A stretch of DNA of 61,726 nt, from the UHGV virus genome UHGV-0342951; one strand, written 5' to 3'. The DNA comes from a virus. The notes beneath the pieces are model-generated. The model was not told the DNA's origin, did no database searches, and saw nothing but the letters and a program-made list of their open reading frames with translations. Each line of letters opens with the position of its first letter. Position 1 is the stretch's first letter. Positions 29,730-38,408 of this stretch are shown here, in pieces. The position numbers and the translations under genes were made by a program.

Positions 29730-31268
29730 TTATCGGTGCATGTCCCCTCTGTCGAGCGACGTGTATGCACCCTTGTCCGTACCGGCAACCAGCAGGTTGT
29801 CCCTGTCGGCAGACACGACCACGACTTTGAGCTTGCCGTCAGCACCGAGTCGCAACACGTTGTCGCTGTCGGAAGACAGCAGCTTGGAACAATCAATACC
29901 GAGCGACCCGTCAGGACGTATCACAAGCGGGTCATCAGCACCACCATGACCAATATCGATAACGAGGTCATTGTTCTTGAGCGCCAGACCGGCACCGGGC
30001 GAGATGCCGATACCGCCCATGGGGTCACACTTGATGGCCCCATCGGGATGGAGCTTCACGGACACGACCCTGTCGGTACTGATGTTGATACCGCAGCCTT
30101 GCGTGTATACATCAGCCAGCGCCGACATATCAACATAAACGTCCTGCACGGTGCCGTCGGCCAGCGCATAGATGAAGACCAGATATGTCCCGGGAATGAG
30201 ACCGACACCGGGAGAGAAAATCACATCGAGACTCGTAGCGTCAGGCGACACGACAAGACGGGAACCATCCGCGAACTGCAAGGGGGCCATACCGTCGAGG
30301 AATGCCTGCTCGACAATCTGCCCGTTGAAAATACCCCTGACACGCACGGCGCCGATGGCGGCAACGGACGCGACACGGGACGAAACAGCCTCATCCTTGC
30401 GTGCTTTGACCGTGACCGGCACAGGGTCACTCCACACCCCGTCAGGCTGCATAAACATGAGCGAGAAATGGTAGTCGCCCTCGATGGCTTCACCAGCCAC
30501 GCTGGGCATACCGTCCACCAGATACACACCCTTGAGCGAAGAACTGGCCCCGGGGACGCGCACGGTGGAAATCACGGTCTGACCGTCATGCCCCAGAATA
30601 TCGAGCTTTCCGGTGTCGGGGGCGTATGCCAGCGAGAGACCAGAAGAGATACGCCCGTCCTTGTTCTCATACAGGATGGCATCATCCCCAGCCAGAATAT
30701 CCTTCATGGACAGGTAGACACCCTTGTCGGAACCAGGATGTACCAGGTTGCCCTCATCGGCAGAGATGACGGGAAGATTATCCTGAATGTCCTCTTTGGT
30801 CAGGATGATTTTATGGTCTACCGGGTCGATGGTCAGCAGGTTGAGATGCCCATTGGACAGCACGTCGTTGGCCGTGAGCAGGGCCCCGCCGTCACCCCCC
30901 TTGATGACCAGGTTGTCCCCTTCACCGGAGACCACTGTCACAGGAGGCACGAACAGCGCATCATCACTGCCGGTTCGCAACTGGTTGTCTGCATCTTTCG
31001 AGACCAGGCTTGCAGCCATGGTCTTCTTGTCCTGGACATACAGCTTGCCGTCACGCTCGGTCAGGGCGTTATCGTCGGCTGCGGACACAAGGTCACGGGC
31101 ATAGACGGCCAGACCGTCGTCCGTCACCTGCAAGATGTTTGGGGCACCGGAACCGGACACACCCCCAACCGGCAGCGCATCGGCGGAGACGAACTGCCCG
31201 GCAGGGAGTTCGGAAAACTGCTTGTTCTCCTGGTCAAAAACGATAGGGCGCTTCATAGCATCAGCCAT
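29730..31268 (-). CDS. Tail fibre protein (about 512 aa; start at MADAMKRPIV with an AAGGAG RBS)
   Basis: Recurring DNAL...DGKL motifs as in the 452-aa fibre. The start codon overlaps the holin stop (ATGGCTGA). Confidence 0.65.
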   Translation of the reverse strand: MADAMKRPIVFDQENKQFSELPAGQFVSADALPVGGVSGSGAPNILQVTDDGLAVYARDLVSAADDNALTERDGKLYVQDKKTMAASLVSKDADNQLRTGSDDALFVPPVTVVSGEGDNLVIKGGDGGALLTANDVLSNGHLNLLTIDPVDHKIILTKEDIQDNLPVISADEGNLVHPGSDKGVYLSMKDILAGDDAILYENKDGRISSGLSLAYAPDTGKLDILGHDGQTVISTVRVPGASSSLKGVYLVDGMPSVAGEAIEGDYHFSLMFMQPDGVWSDPVPVTVKARKDEAVSSRVASVAAIGAVRVRGIFNGQIVEQAFLDGMAPLQFADGSRLVVSPDATSLDVIFSPGVGLIPGTYLVFIYALADGTVQDVYVDMSALADVYTQGCGINISTDRVVSVKLHPDGAIKCDPMGGIGISPGAGLALKNNDLVIDIGHGGADDPLVIRPDGSLGIDCSKLLSSDSDNVLRLGADGKLKVVVVSADRDNLLVAGTDKGAYTSLDRGDMHR

Positions 31269-31785
31269 CGGTATCTCCTTCACCACGCCCGCAATTTGTA
31301 TCCTTGCATCGGGCACAATCTTCCTGGAACGGGCATTGCTTTTTATGCTGTTCACGTTGCTCCGGCGTCATGGTACGATGTAACTCGCTAATATCCAGAC
31401 TGTCCATCAAATCGACGAACTTGTACCCGGACTTCCAACGAATCAAGGCATCCACAAGTTTCATGCCCCCAGCGGAAAGAAAAATCGTAACACCGAGGTC
31501 AGTATCAGGCGAGCGTTCAAAACCGAAAAGGGGCAAACATAACGTCACGCTTACGGCCACTATGGCCATAAAAGCACTGGAAAGCAGGATATTGAAAAAT
31601 ATGCTGAAAAAATCACGGTGAAGGTAGCTGCGCTTCACGCCATGCCATCCCTGATACAGCGCAATGATGAAAGCGCCTGCAATGAGCGGCCACAACTCAA
31701 CAAGCAGATTCAAATAGGTACTACTGCGCCCTGTGATGGTATCAGGAGAAACAGGAGGGATACTCATAAGTTGTGGACCGGACAT
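31261..31785 (-). CDS. Holin-like membrane protein (possible dual-start M-SGPQL-M)
   Basis: Hydrophobic helices (LVELWPLIAGAFIIALY, FMAIVAVSVTLCLPLF, VTIFLSAGGMKLV) and a charged C-terminus. Lies directly downstream of the endolysin. Confidence 0.5.
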   Translation of the reverse strand: MSGPQLMSIPPVSPDTITGRSSTYLNLLVELWPLIAGAFIIALYQGWHGVKRSYLHRDFFSIFFNILLSSAFMAIVAVSVTLCLPLFGFERSPDTDLGVTIFLSAGGMKLVDALIRWKSGYKFVDLMDSLDISELHRTMTPEQREQHKKQCPFQEDCARCKDTNCGRGEGDTDG

Positions 31786-31792
31786 AGTTTGT

Positions 31793-32290
31793 TTACCACG
31801 ACATGGCCATGACTTCACCGTAGCTGGACCGACGAACCAGACCACCCACGCGCTTGAATTTCACTGCCCGCTCATCTTCGCGCCCGCGCACAATGGCTAC
31901 ATGTACCCACCCGTTAGGCAGGTTTTCTGCTATGAGTTCAGTGAAAGGCAGATTTTCAGCGATAAAAGCGAAGATGTCCCGCAGCGATACATCCGCCGAC
32001 ACCGGCTCGATGTCAGCAGCAGCCCCGGAGCAATGATGCGAAGTCTTCGAGGAACCGGGAATCGCTTTATTCAATGCGGCGCTACGATACCCAGAAGTCA
32101 CCCGAATAGGACCGAACCTGTCTCGCACAGGCTGCAGGACAGTTCTTGCCAGATACTCCATATTGTCCCAAACATCCGGGTCATCGGGAATATTCTGGAT
32201 ACCCTCACGCACCGCAGTGTTCGAGTGCAGGAGCTCTTCATAGGTGAAATTCGGGGCCCCGGGAATAGGTCCATATCGCATAACGGGCAA
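31793..32290 (-). CDS. Endolysin, peptidase M15 (L-Ala-D-Glu or D-Ala-D-Ala peptidase-like)
   Basis: VTSGYRSAALNKAIPGSSKTSHHCSGAAADIEP matches the Zn-binding H-x6-D ... H signature of the M15 family. 165 aa. GGAGG RBS. Confidence 0.8.
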   Translation of the reverse strand: MPVMRYGPIPGAPNFTYEELLHSNTAVREGIQNIPDDPDVWDNMEYLARTVLQPVRDRFGPIRVTSGYRSAALNKAIPGSSKTSHHCSGAAADIEPVSADVSLRDIFAFIAENLPFTELIAENLPNGWVHVAIVRGREDERAVKFKRVGGLVRRSSYGEVMAMSW

Positions 32291-32305
32291 CCTCCTAGAA
32301 AAAAG

Positions 32306-32372
32306 CGGACGGCGCGCTTTCCAGGGGTATCCTACCGGAAAGACGCACTCGCCCGCTTTTTTGTCTTACTAC
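32306..32372. terminator. Bidirectional terminator-like palindrome flanked by A6 and T6
   Basis: AAAAAAGCGGACGGCGCG-ctttccaggggtatcctaccggaaag-ACGCACTCGCCCGC-TTTTTT. Confidence 0.4.
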
Positions 32373-32389
32373 AACCAGGTGTCCCCGGT

Positions 32390-32554
32390 GTCAATATTCG
32401 TCAGGATGCTTCAGCAGCGCTTTGAGCTGTTCGACATCTTCGATAGTCACGGAATCCTTTTTCCAGGTTTCGATGATGGCTTGCACCGCAGGGAGCCCGT
32501 AGACGGAAACCAGCTCAAGAATTTGCAGCACCAGTTTGATGTCGATGGAGTTAC
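32390..32554 (-). CDS. Small ORF (54 aa, GTG start overlapping the lipoprotein stop)
   Basis: VSNSIDIKLVLQILELVSVYGLPAVQAIIETWKKDSV... is below the size cutoff of the track. It sits in the lysis cassette, so it could be a spanin or antiholin component. Confidence 0.3.
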
Positions 32555-32952
32555 TCACGGCTGACCTCCTTCACATCGACACCGAGGTCGATGGCGGCCT
32601 TGAGAAGTTCTTGCAGGTCCTTGGTCATCTTATCGACAAGAGCCTTGAGATTGTCGCGTTCCATAGCACCCGGGGACGAAAGCCCCTCAGAAGCCCGCAT
32701 ATAGGTTAGAAGACCGCTGACCGTCACCTGGTAAGCATCATAATACACCAGGGCGGCATCCTTGAGTTTCTCCCAGTCATCATCCTGGAGTTTGCCCTGC
32801 GAATGCATGTCACTGGCAGCAGTCATCACCGTATCATAGGTGATGGCACTGGTCTCCAGCGTCTTATACGCTGTGAGCGTGATTTCATCCTGGGCCGCGC
32901 AACCCACCAGATTGGCCGTGAGAGCCACGACAAGGAAGAAATAACGGAACAT
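32551..32952 (-). CDS. Lipoprotein (133 aa) with a signal peptide and LVGC lipobox, in the lysis cassette
   Basis: MFRYFFLVVALTANLVGCAAQ is a classical lipoprotein signal. No C-terminal TM segment. Confidence 0.55.
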   Translation of the reverse strand: MFRYFFLVVALTANLVGCAAQDEITLTAYKTLETSAITYDTVMTAASDMHSQGKLQDDDWEKLKDAALVYYDAYQVTVSGLLTYMRASEGLSSPGAMERDNLKALVDKMTKDLQELLKAAIDLGVDVKEVSRE

Positions 32953-32964
32953 GTAAACCTCCTT

Positions 32965-33366
32965 TTACACTTTTCCGCGTGTGATGACCAGCGGGCGGCC
33001 CTTAATCCACCCATGGTCGCTAAACGCCGTGAGATGCACCTTAGTCCCATCATCAGTAACCAGGTCATACTGGTACGGCGCATACCCGGGACGCGAAGCA
33101 TAATATACCGTATATTGCTTACCCTTGTACGTCACGCGCATACCGTGACAGCAGTCTTCTTCCCTGGAACTGGCATGGAAATCGTAATCATTCTGACGCC
33201 ACTCCTGTCCAGCAGCAAGGACCGGCGTGGTAACAGTACCCAAATTAACGAAATATTCGGGAGTGCTGCCGTTACAGTCATTTTTGGCCAATTCGATACG
33301 CATGGAGAGGGATGCCGGTTCCGGCGTCATATCCCCATAATCGCTCGCAACATAAAAAGAATCCAT
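32965..33366 (-). CDS. Hypothetical protein (133 aa)
   Basis: ORF in the track. Confidence 0.5.
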   Translation of the reverse strand: MDSFYVASDYGDMTPEPASLSMRIELAKNDCNGSTPEYFVNLGTVTTPVLAAGQEWRQNDYDFHASSREEDCCHGMRVTYKGKQYTVYYASRPGYAPYQYDLVTDDGTKVHLTAFSDHGWIKGRPLVITRGKV

Positions 33367-33419
33367 ATTTACACCTCCTTATAGTCACCAGACGAAACAC
33401 CCAACACGCCAGGATTTAC

Positions 33420-33448
33420 TTGCATAAAACGACTATATAAGAAATAAT
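33420..33448 (+). promoter_or_regulatory. Sigma70-like promoter for the inverted fibre cassette (TTGCAT - 17 nt - AATAAT)
   Basis: TTGCAT at 33420-25 and AATAAT at 33443-48, about 35 nt upstream of the ATG at 33485, in an AT-rich divergent region. Confidence 0.35.
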
Positions 33449-33484
33449 ACCGAGTGTCCATAGTGGTGAACAAGGAGTCTAAGT

Positions 33485-34492
33485 ATGGATAGCCTCGTTA
33501 TGCAAGGGTATAAAAGCGGACTCAAAATCGTCCCCACTATCCCTCGCTATGATAACTCCGGTGCAGAAATCACCGACGCCAAATATTGGCCGGTGCCTAT
33601 TGATAGTGTATTCAGAACTAATTATGGGTTCAACGTCTACACTGGGAATGGTAAACTCGTAACTACGACCGACACGACTAAGCGCTTCATTATTACCGAT
33701 TACGGCGGATTCACCCCCAAGAACCCGCAAGAATCCTACAGCGCGCAGGAACTCTATAACCTCGTACTCGACGCCAGAGGTCTCACCCACGGGAAAAACT
33801 ACGCCCTGTCCATCCTGGACAACACCACGGGGAAATCGGGGCGCGTCATCCTCACCGCGTCCAACACCGCTGCACGTCTCACTTGTGCTCTTACGCTCCA
33901 GCTTGTGGATAGCGAAGGGAATGCCCTTTCCAACAAAGCTGTCCCAGTGAACAAGTGCTCGTGGCACTTACTCACGGAAGGCGCCCTTGGAAGCCGTGTC
34001 AAAGTCGAACCAAACGTAGTAACCCCCGGGCTGACATTGATAAATCCTGATACGCTTCCTGAACAGATATTCCTCAAATACGGTTTCTGTGTTGCTCCGT
34101 TTATGGGGCGTATTGACGGCGGTATCTCTGGAGACATGTCTCTCGGTATCACCATGTTGCAAAATGAGGGTCCGTGGGCAGCCAATACTACCAAAAAAGC
34201 CACTGTGGAACTCACTGATACCGGCCTCGATTTTCCGTTTTGGTGCTTCGGAGGAAACACCGACGTACTCAACACACTCAGTTTCAAGCGTTACCGCACT
34301 ATTTTATCCGGGTGGATTGGAAACATCATATTCCATAGACACGCCAACATCGCCAACAACATCGACAGCATCACATTCGAAGCGCCCGAAGAACTGTATT
34401 CTCGCATCTATCTGAGTGGAACCAGTAATGATGAAGACTGTTTCAGAGGGCCGAAAGTTGGAGACTGGCACGAACAATCCATAGATATGTAA
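33485..34492 (+). CDS. Hypothetical fibre-like protein (335 aa) in a low-GC cassette
   Basis: ORF in the track on the opposite strand to the late operon. GC is clearly lower than in the surrounding DNA. Co-transcribed with the tail-collar gene. Confidence 0.55.
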   Translation: MDSLVMQGYKSGLKIVPTIPRYDNSGAEITDAKYWPVPIDSVFRTNYGFNVYTGNGKLVTTTDTTKRFIITDYGGFTPKNPQESYSAQELYNLVLDARGLTHGKNYALSILDNTTGKSGRVILTASNTAARLTCALTLQLVDSEGNALSNKAVPVNKCSWHLLTEGALGSRVKVEPNVVTPGLTLINPDTLPEQIFLKYGFCVAPFMGRIDGGISGDMSLGITMLQNEGPWAANTTKKATVELTDTGLDFPFWCFGGNTDVLNTLSFKRYRTILSGWIGNIIFHRHANIANNIDSITFEAPEELYSRIYLSGTSNDEDCFRGPKVGDWHEQSIDM

Positions 34493-34515
34493 CAAACAAA
34501 CAAAAGGATTCTACA

Positions 34516-35010
34516 ATGCCTGTAGCACTCGCTGGTAAAGTCACGTTTTTCTCTGGTGAATTTGGCGGCAGCGATGGCCGCCGACCCATCGACGCCAAAA
34601 CCAAAACCCCCAACGAAGACTACGTCCTCTGCGACGGTATCGAAACCAACGGCATCACCATCCCCGACCTCCGTGGACTGATGATTGTCTGCACCTCTGA
34701 TGACCACCCGATGGGCGAGACCGGTGGGTCTGATACGGCAACCTTCACCATGGAAGGTACTGTCGGGGACTGTACCCTCACCATCGAACAGATGCCGCGC
34801 CATACGCATGGTTATCGCAAAGTTACCAGCTGGAATGGCTGGCACGGCACAAATGATGGCAATGACTGTAAACCGCCGAGCGACGGACAGCCCACGGATG
34901 CCACAGGCGGTTCCCAGCCCCACACCCACCCCATTGAAGGGACTGTCTCTGTGGAACGCTCCCTTCCGCCGTACTACGCCCTGGCCGCAGTCATGTACAT
35001 CGGCGACTAG
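34516..35010 (+). CDS. Phage tail collar domain protein (MdpB-like fibre protein)
   Basis: LCDG...ITIPDLRGLMIV...TIEQMPRHTHGY...HTHPIEG...PPYYALAAVMYIGD shows the characteristic tail-collar (PF07484-type) motifs. Confidence 0.75.
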   Translation: MPVALAGKVTFFSGEFGGSDGRRPIDAKTKTPNEDYVLCDGIETNGITIPDLRGLMIVCTSDDHPMGETGGSDTATFTMEGTVGDCTLTIEQMPRHTHGYRKVTSWNGWHGTNDGNDCKPPSDGQPTDATGGSQPHTHPIEGTVSVERSLPPYYALAAVMYIGD

Positions 35011-35013
35011 AAC

Positions 35014-35045
35014 AAAAAAGCCCCCGCTCGAGCGGGGGCTTCGTT
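35014..35045. terminator. Bidirectional rho-independent terminator (GCCCCCGCTCGAGCGGGGGC)
   Basis: Perfect 8-bp GC stem preceded by AAAAAA and followed by TTCGTT. Confidence 0.6.
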
Positions 35046-35127
35046 CACAACTCATCCAGTTCTTTCTGTATAGCGTGTTTTCGCGGATGCGCTCCCCCCA
35101 CTCCCTATGTACGACCGATAGTATCCC

Positions 35128-35313
35128 TTACGCGTCCATCTCGAAGTGGTCGCAGACAGAGAATGCCTTAGTACGGAAACTGAACTTGCCGCAGGTGGGT
35201 TTTTCTCCATATTCTCCTAAGCGACGATAGTGCTTACAGGTATTGCAGGCTTCGATTCGCGCCTGTTCCTTCCACCCGACAGATTTCTTGGGTACTCTCT
35301 TTCCTTCAGGCAT
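35128..35313 (-). CDS. Small Cys-rich (zinc-ribbon-like) protein (61 aa)
   Basis: CNTCKHY...CGKFSF...CDHF Cys pattern. Confidence 0.45.
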   Translation of the reverse strand: MPEGKRVPKKSVGWKEQARIEACNTCKHYRRLGEYGEKPTCGKFSFRTKAFSVCDHFEMDA

Positions 35314-35475
35314 AGTCGTCTCCTTTGTTCACAGCATGGCGCCTACGAGGCGCTGTATCACTTGACATCCTCCCCCGCCTAAAGTCGGGGGATTCCTATC
35401 GGTAGCGGCTCTAACGAGCCGCGCCACAGGCGGGTTCCTGGAAATTTTGAAATCAAGCGGGACGATGATGAAGAT

Positions 35476-35637
35476 TTTCATATCTCTACCACCTCGAAGT
35501 CGAAGTCCATACTGGAAGCCCTGTCCTGCAAATATTTTTCAGCCGCGAAATCTTTAGCCATATCTTCACTTTCGGCTTCGATTTCATACTCTTCTTCGTT
35601 GAGAATAGAGTTAGGAGAAATGAGAACTTTGTACTTA
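35476..35637 (-). CDS. Small acidic protein (53 aa), paralogue of the downstream 67-aa ORF
   Basis: MPKYKVLISPNSILNEEEYEIEAESEDMAKDFAAEKYL... aligns with MSYKFAVKVMAGPKTYIIEAENYEEAFAKARDML of 35642..35845. Both genes begin inside a 35-bp direct repeat. Not in the track (shorter than 60 aa). Confidence 0.35.
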
Positions 35638-35641
35638 GGCA

Positions 35642-35845
35642 TCAGTATCTCTCCTGATATTTTCCATCGACAAAATCCTCTTCCCTGGCCCTACGCGCTT
35701 CCATGTCGATGTCATCGTCATCAAGACGCTTCCATTTATCAGGCAGCATATCACGAGCCTTGGCGAATGCTTCCTCATAATTTTCGGCCTCGATGATATA
35801 TGTCTTCGGGCCTGCCATAACCTTGACTGCGAATTTATAACTCAT
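35642..35845 (-). CDS. Small acidic protein (67 aa)
   Basis: ORF in the track; paralogue of the preceding small ORF. Confidence 0.45.
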   Translation of the reverse strand: MSYKFAVKVMAGPKTYIIEAENYEEAFAKARDMLPDKWKRLDDDDIDMEARRAREEDFVDGKYQERY

Positions 35846-35897
35846 CGTAATTTACTCCTTCTTCTGATATTCTCCATCGACAAAGTCAGCTTCCGTA

Positions 35898-36212
35898 TCA
35901 TCGCCTGCGCAAGTACAAATCGCCTTCGTCGGCGAAACTCACCAGGTCGAAATAGGATGTGTTGATGGTAGGCAAGACAAGGTCGTCCACCAGCAAGTCG
36001 TCGTAGTCTTCGTCACTCCTGAAATCATGGAAAATGACGTGGGAGTAATTCTTCCCGTTCACGCCATACAGTGCTCCGTAGTAATTGAACAGCAGCACTT
36101 TTGCCTTCTTGCAGGCCACGAAAGCCTTCTTGCAGGCCACGAAAGCCTGTCGGAGTTGTGCGAACGCTTTCTGCTGCGTGGCGGTAAGTTCATAATCTTT
36201 TTCATCCGACAT
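35898..36212 (-). CDS. Hypothetical acidic protein (104 aa) with internal AFVACKK duplication
   Basis: ORF in the track; AFVACKKAFVACKK repeat. Confidence 0.45.
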   Translation of the reverse strand: MSDEKDYELTATQQKAFAQLRQAFVACKKAFVACKKAKVLLFNYYGALYGVNGKNYSHVIFHDFRSDEDYDDLLVDDLVLPTINTSYFDLVSFADEGDLYLRRR

Positions 36213-36215
36213 GAC

Positions 36216-36652
36216 TCAGTCCTCCAGACTGGCGAGTATGACAGGCGCGAGACGCTGGATAGTGCCGCGAATGGTCTGCATACGAATCGTGTGCTGCTCG
36301 GAACCGGTAAGGATTTCATCCTCTTCAGGGAAAAGCCAGACATCGTAAGGACGAAAAAGCACATGCAGCGCCTTATGAACGGCCAGGGACTTCATCCCAC
36401 GCTTATAGACGACCGAGGATACTTCCTCTGCCAGATGGACGATGCACCCGGGACCGAACTTTTCAAACGCGACACCAGCATCATCGTCGCAATTCTTGAG
36501 CTTCGTGAAAGTGTACTCGTACTGAGTGAGTCCAAGCATCTCCACGACACGCATGAAGGTCTTCTTGAAGACTTCGTAATCCTTGTCAGAAATCTTCACT
36601 TGACGCAAAACACGGGACAAAGACTCCTGTGTCTTAATATCGAATGCATTCA
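36216..36652 (-). CDS. Hypothetical protein (about 145 aa; start at MNAFDIK)
   Basis: The ATG overlaps the stop of the upstream membrane protein (TAATG). Confidence 0.5.
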
Positions 36653-36844
36653 TTACCTGTTCTCCATGAGGTCGGAGATTATGACCACGAGCCATATCAG
36701 CATCAGGATGATGCGAACCACGGCCCCGGCCTGGACCCATCCCGGCATAGTGGACAGCGTATACAACATACCGAACACATCGGTCACGACACCGAAAACA
36801 ACGAGAGCTATGGCAAAGACCACCACCAAATACGCACGAGACAT
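36653..36844 (-). CDS. Small membrane protein (63 aa, two predicted TM helices)
   Basis: LVVVFAIALVVFGVV and VVRIILMLIWLVVIISDL hydrophobic segments. Confidence 0.45.
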   Translation of the reverse strand: MSRAYLVVVFAIALVVFGVVTDVFGMLYTLSTMPGWVQAGAVVRIILMLIWLVVIISDLMENR

Positions 36845-36847
36845 GGA

Positions 36848-37486
36848 TTAACCCTTCCCGGAAAGTGTTTCATCAGCAGAGGCTTTCGCCGTAGTGTCGG
36901 CCCTGCTGAAAGGCTGTTTCACAGGCAGCAGTTCAGGATGACCCAGAGCAGGGAAAAGTGCGTCGAAGAAAAATTTCCACTCAGGGAGCTTGTGGTTCTC
37001 ACGCTGCAAGATGATGTTCTTCAGGACCGCATAGTTCCCCGTCCAGATACGACGCTGCAACCAGCTCTGCGGGAGACAGGCATTGAGCGTGCTGAAATCC
37101 TTGTGCTTCCGCAAGTCTTCCAGGAAGTCGATGTAGAAATCAGGAACACACCCGAACTCGAAACAGTCATTCGTGATAGGGTTCTTCAGCAGCGTGTGCA
37201 TCGTGGACTCGGACTGCGCCACGGTGGACACCTTATAGGTGTCCATCTGCTTCCACCAGTACAACGGCGCCGTGATGTCGAGGACGACACCAATCTGACG
37301 CAGGAACTTGTCATGGCCGCCGCTGCCGTACAGCGCGAGCTGCGGCGCCAGTTCACACAGCCTGGACCATGCATCATGCTGCTGGGCCTCTTCAGGCGTC
37401 GCATACCCGGACACCTTCCCATACGACAGCCCAATACCGAACAGGGCCTCTTCGTACCCAAACTCTTTCATCAGCCGAACACGCAT
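36848..37486 (-). CDS. Hypothetical protein (about 212 aa) adjacent to dUTPase
   Basis: An AGGA RBS precedes MRVRLMKEFGYEE. There is a weak local resemblance to the ThyX core (APLYWWKQ...S....S), but the RHR motif is absent. Confidence 0.5.
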   Translation of the reverse strand: MRVRLMKEFGYEEALFGIGLSYGKVSGYATPEEAQQHDAWSRLCELAPQLALYGSGGHDKFLRQIGVVLDITAPLYWWKQMDTYKVSTVAQSESTMHTLLKNPITNDCFEFGCVPDFYIDFLEDLRKHKDFSTLNACLPQSWLQRRIWTGNYAVLKNIILQRENHKLPEWKFFFDALFPALGHPELLPVKQPFSRADTTAKASADETLSGKG

Positions 37487-37496
37487 ATCACATATC

Positions 37497-37784
37497 CTAC
37501 TTGAGCCACGCCGCCAGCGCAGCTTCTCCATCCGGGGTCAAAAGGTAATACCCACGCACATTGCCGCGATGTCTGGGCAGTTCGATACGAATGAGGAACC
37601 CCTTGCCACACAGCTTGTTGGCCATCGCGCAGGCCCGCATGGCAATACCCTGACGATACCGCGCAGACAGTTTCCCGATCTTCAACGGCCTCAACGCACT
37701 GATACCCAGCACATAGCCGAACGCCTGACCCCTCGGCAGGTCAGCCACGGCCTTCAGGATGCGGTATTCCGCCAGTGTCAGCAT
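37497..37784 (-). CDS. Hypothetical small protein (95 aa), possibly a winged-helix protein
   Basis: ORF in the track; its start overlaps the dUTPase stop. RGYYLLTPDGEAALAAWLK resembles PadR-type wing sequences, but weakly. Confidence 0.4.
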   Translation of the reverse strand: MLTLAEYRILKAVADLPRGQAFGYVLGISALRPLKIGKLSARYRQGIAMRACAMANKLCGKGFLIRIELPRHRGNVRGYYLLTPDGEAALAAWLK

Positions 37785-38299
37785 CAGTCGCCTCCCGTGG
37801 ACCCGAAGCCCTTCGTTTCCCTGTAGGTGTGCGACAATTCCTCGACCACGGCGAACTCAACGTCGATGCTGAGACCCTTGTTGATGTCAGCGACCACGAG
37901 CGCCGGGGCCATGATGGTCGGCACGATGATGAGCTGCGCCACCCTCTGGCCCTCATAGTAGGCCACAGTGGGCTTGCGCAGGAGCGACGCGGCGCCTCTG
38001 GCCTGCACGCTGTCCGCTTTGCGGAACAACACCTTCACCGTGCCCCGATAATCAGGGTCGATGACCTGGACACCGCTGCCCAGCATCTCCAGACCGGAAC
38101 ACACGACAGAGCTGCGAGCCACGAGCAGACCGGCGAACCCCACGGGTAACTCCATCTCCACACCGGTATCGAAACAGTAGACCCCATTCCGCCGTGTGAG
38201 CTTCGCACCCCAAAGGTCGAACCCCACGGCGCCGCTGCTCATGCGACACGGGACCTTCGCTCCCGAGAGTTTGAGCCTGCACGGGATGATGACAGCCAT
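37784..38299 (-). CDS. dut: dUTP diphosphatase (dUTPase)
   Basis: Motifs AVGFDL, GLLVARSS, VIDPDYRGTV and the C-terminal GFGSTG are the canonical dUTPase motifs. An AAGGAGG RBS precedes MAVIIP. Confidence 0.85.
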   Translation of the reverse strand: MAVIIPCRLKLSGAKVPCRMSSGAVGFDLWGAKLTRRNGVYCFDTGVEMELPVGFAGLLVARSSVVCSGLEMLGSGVQVIDPDYRGTVKVLFRKADSVQARGAASLLRKPTVAYYEGQRVAQLIIVPTIMAPALVVADINKGLSIDVEFAVVEELSHTYRETKGFGSTGGD

Positions 38300-38352
38300 A
38301 TCTTCCTCCTTGTTGTGATGCATAGTAAAGCATAGTAAGTTGCAAAGGTCAA

Positions 38353-38386
38353 CAAAAAACCCTCCCGCACTGGAGAGCGGGAGGGT
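38353..38386 (-). terminator. Rho-independent terminator (GACCCTCCCGC-tctccagt-GCGGGAGGG plus U6) ending the accessory transcript
   Basis: 9-bp GC stem followed by TTTTTT on the minus strand, immediately after the tandem repeat-like units. Confidence 0.55.
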
Positions 38387-38408
38387 CCAGAGAGGTGTGG
38401 CTCACCAG

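Noticed and set aside
22131-31391. Plus-strand ORFs 22131..23876, 24095..24820, 25426..26385, 28300..29949 and 29727..31391
   Set aside because: They are antisense to the portal, iscB, terL and tail-fibre genes, whose motifs confirm the minus strand.
27542-35010. Diversity-generating retroelement or an invertible (Gin/Cin-type) host-range switch acting on the fibre genes
   Set aside because: There is no reverse transcriptase, template repeat or serine or tyrosine recombinase gene anywhere in the window. The fibre diversity is better explained by modular paralogy and an acquired cassette.
36848-37486. Thymidylate synthase ThyX annotation
   Set aside because: The catalytic RHR-x7-S motif is absent (MDTYK takes the place of FRHRI), so only a vague fold resemblance is noted.
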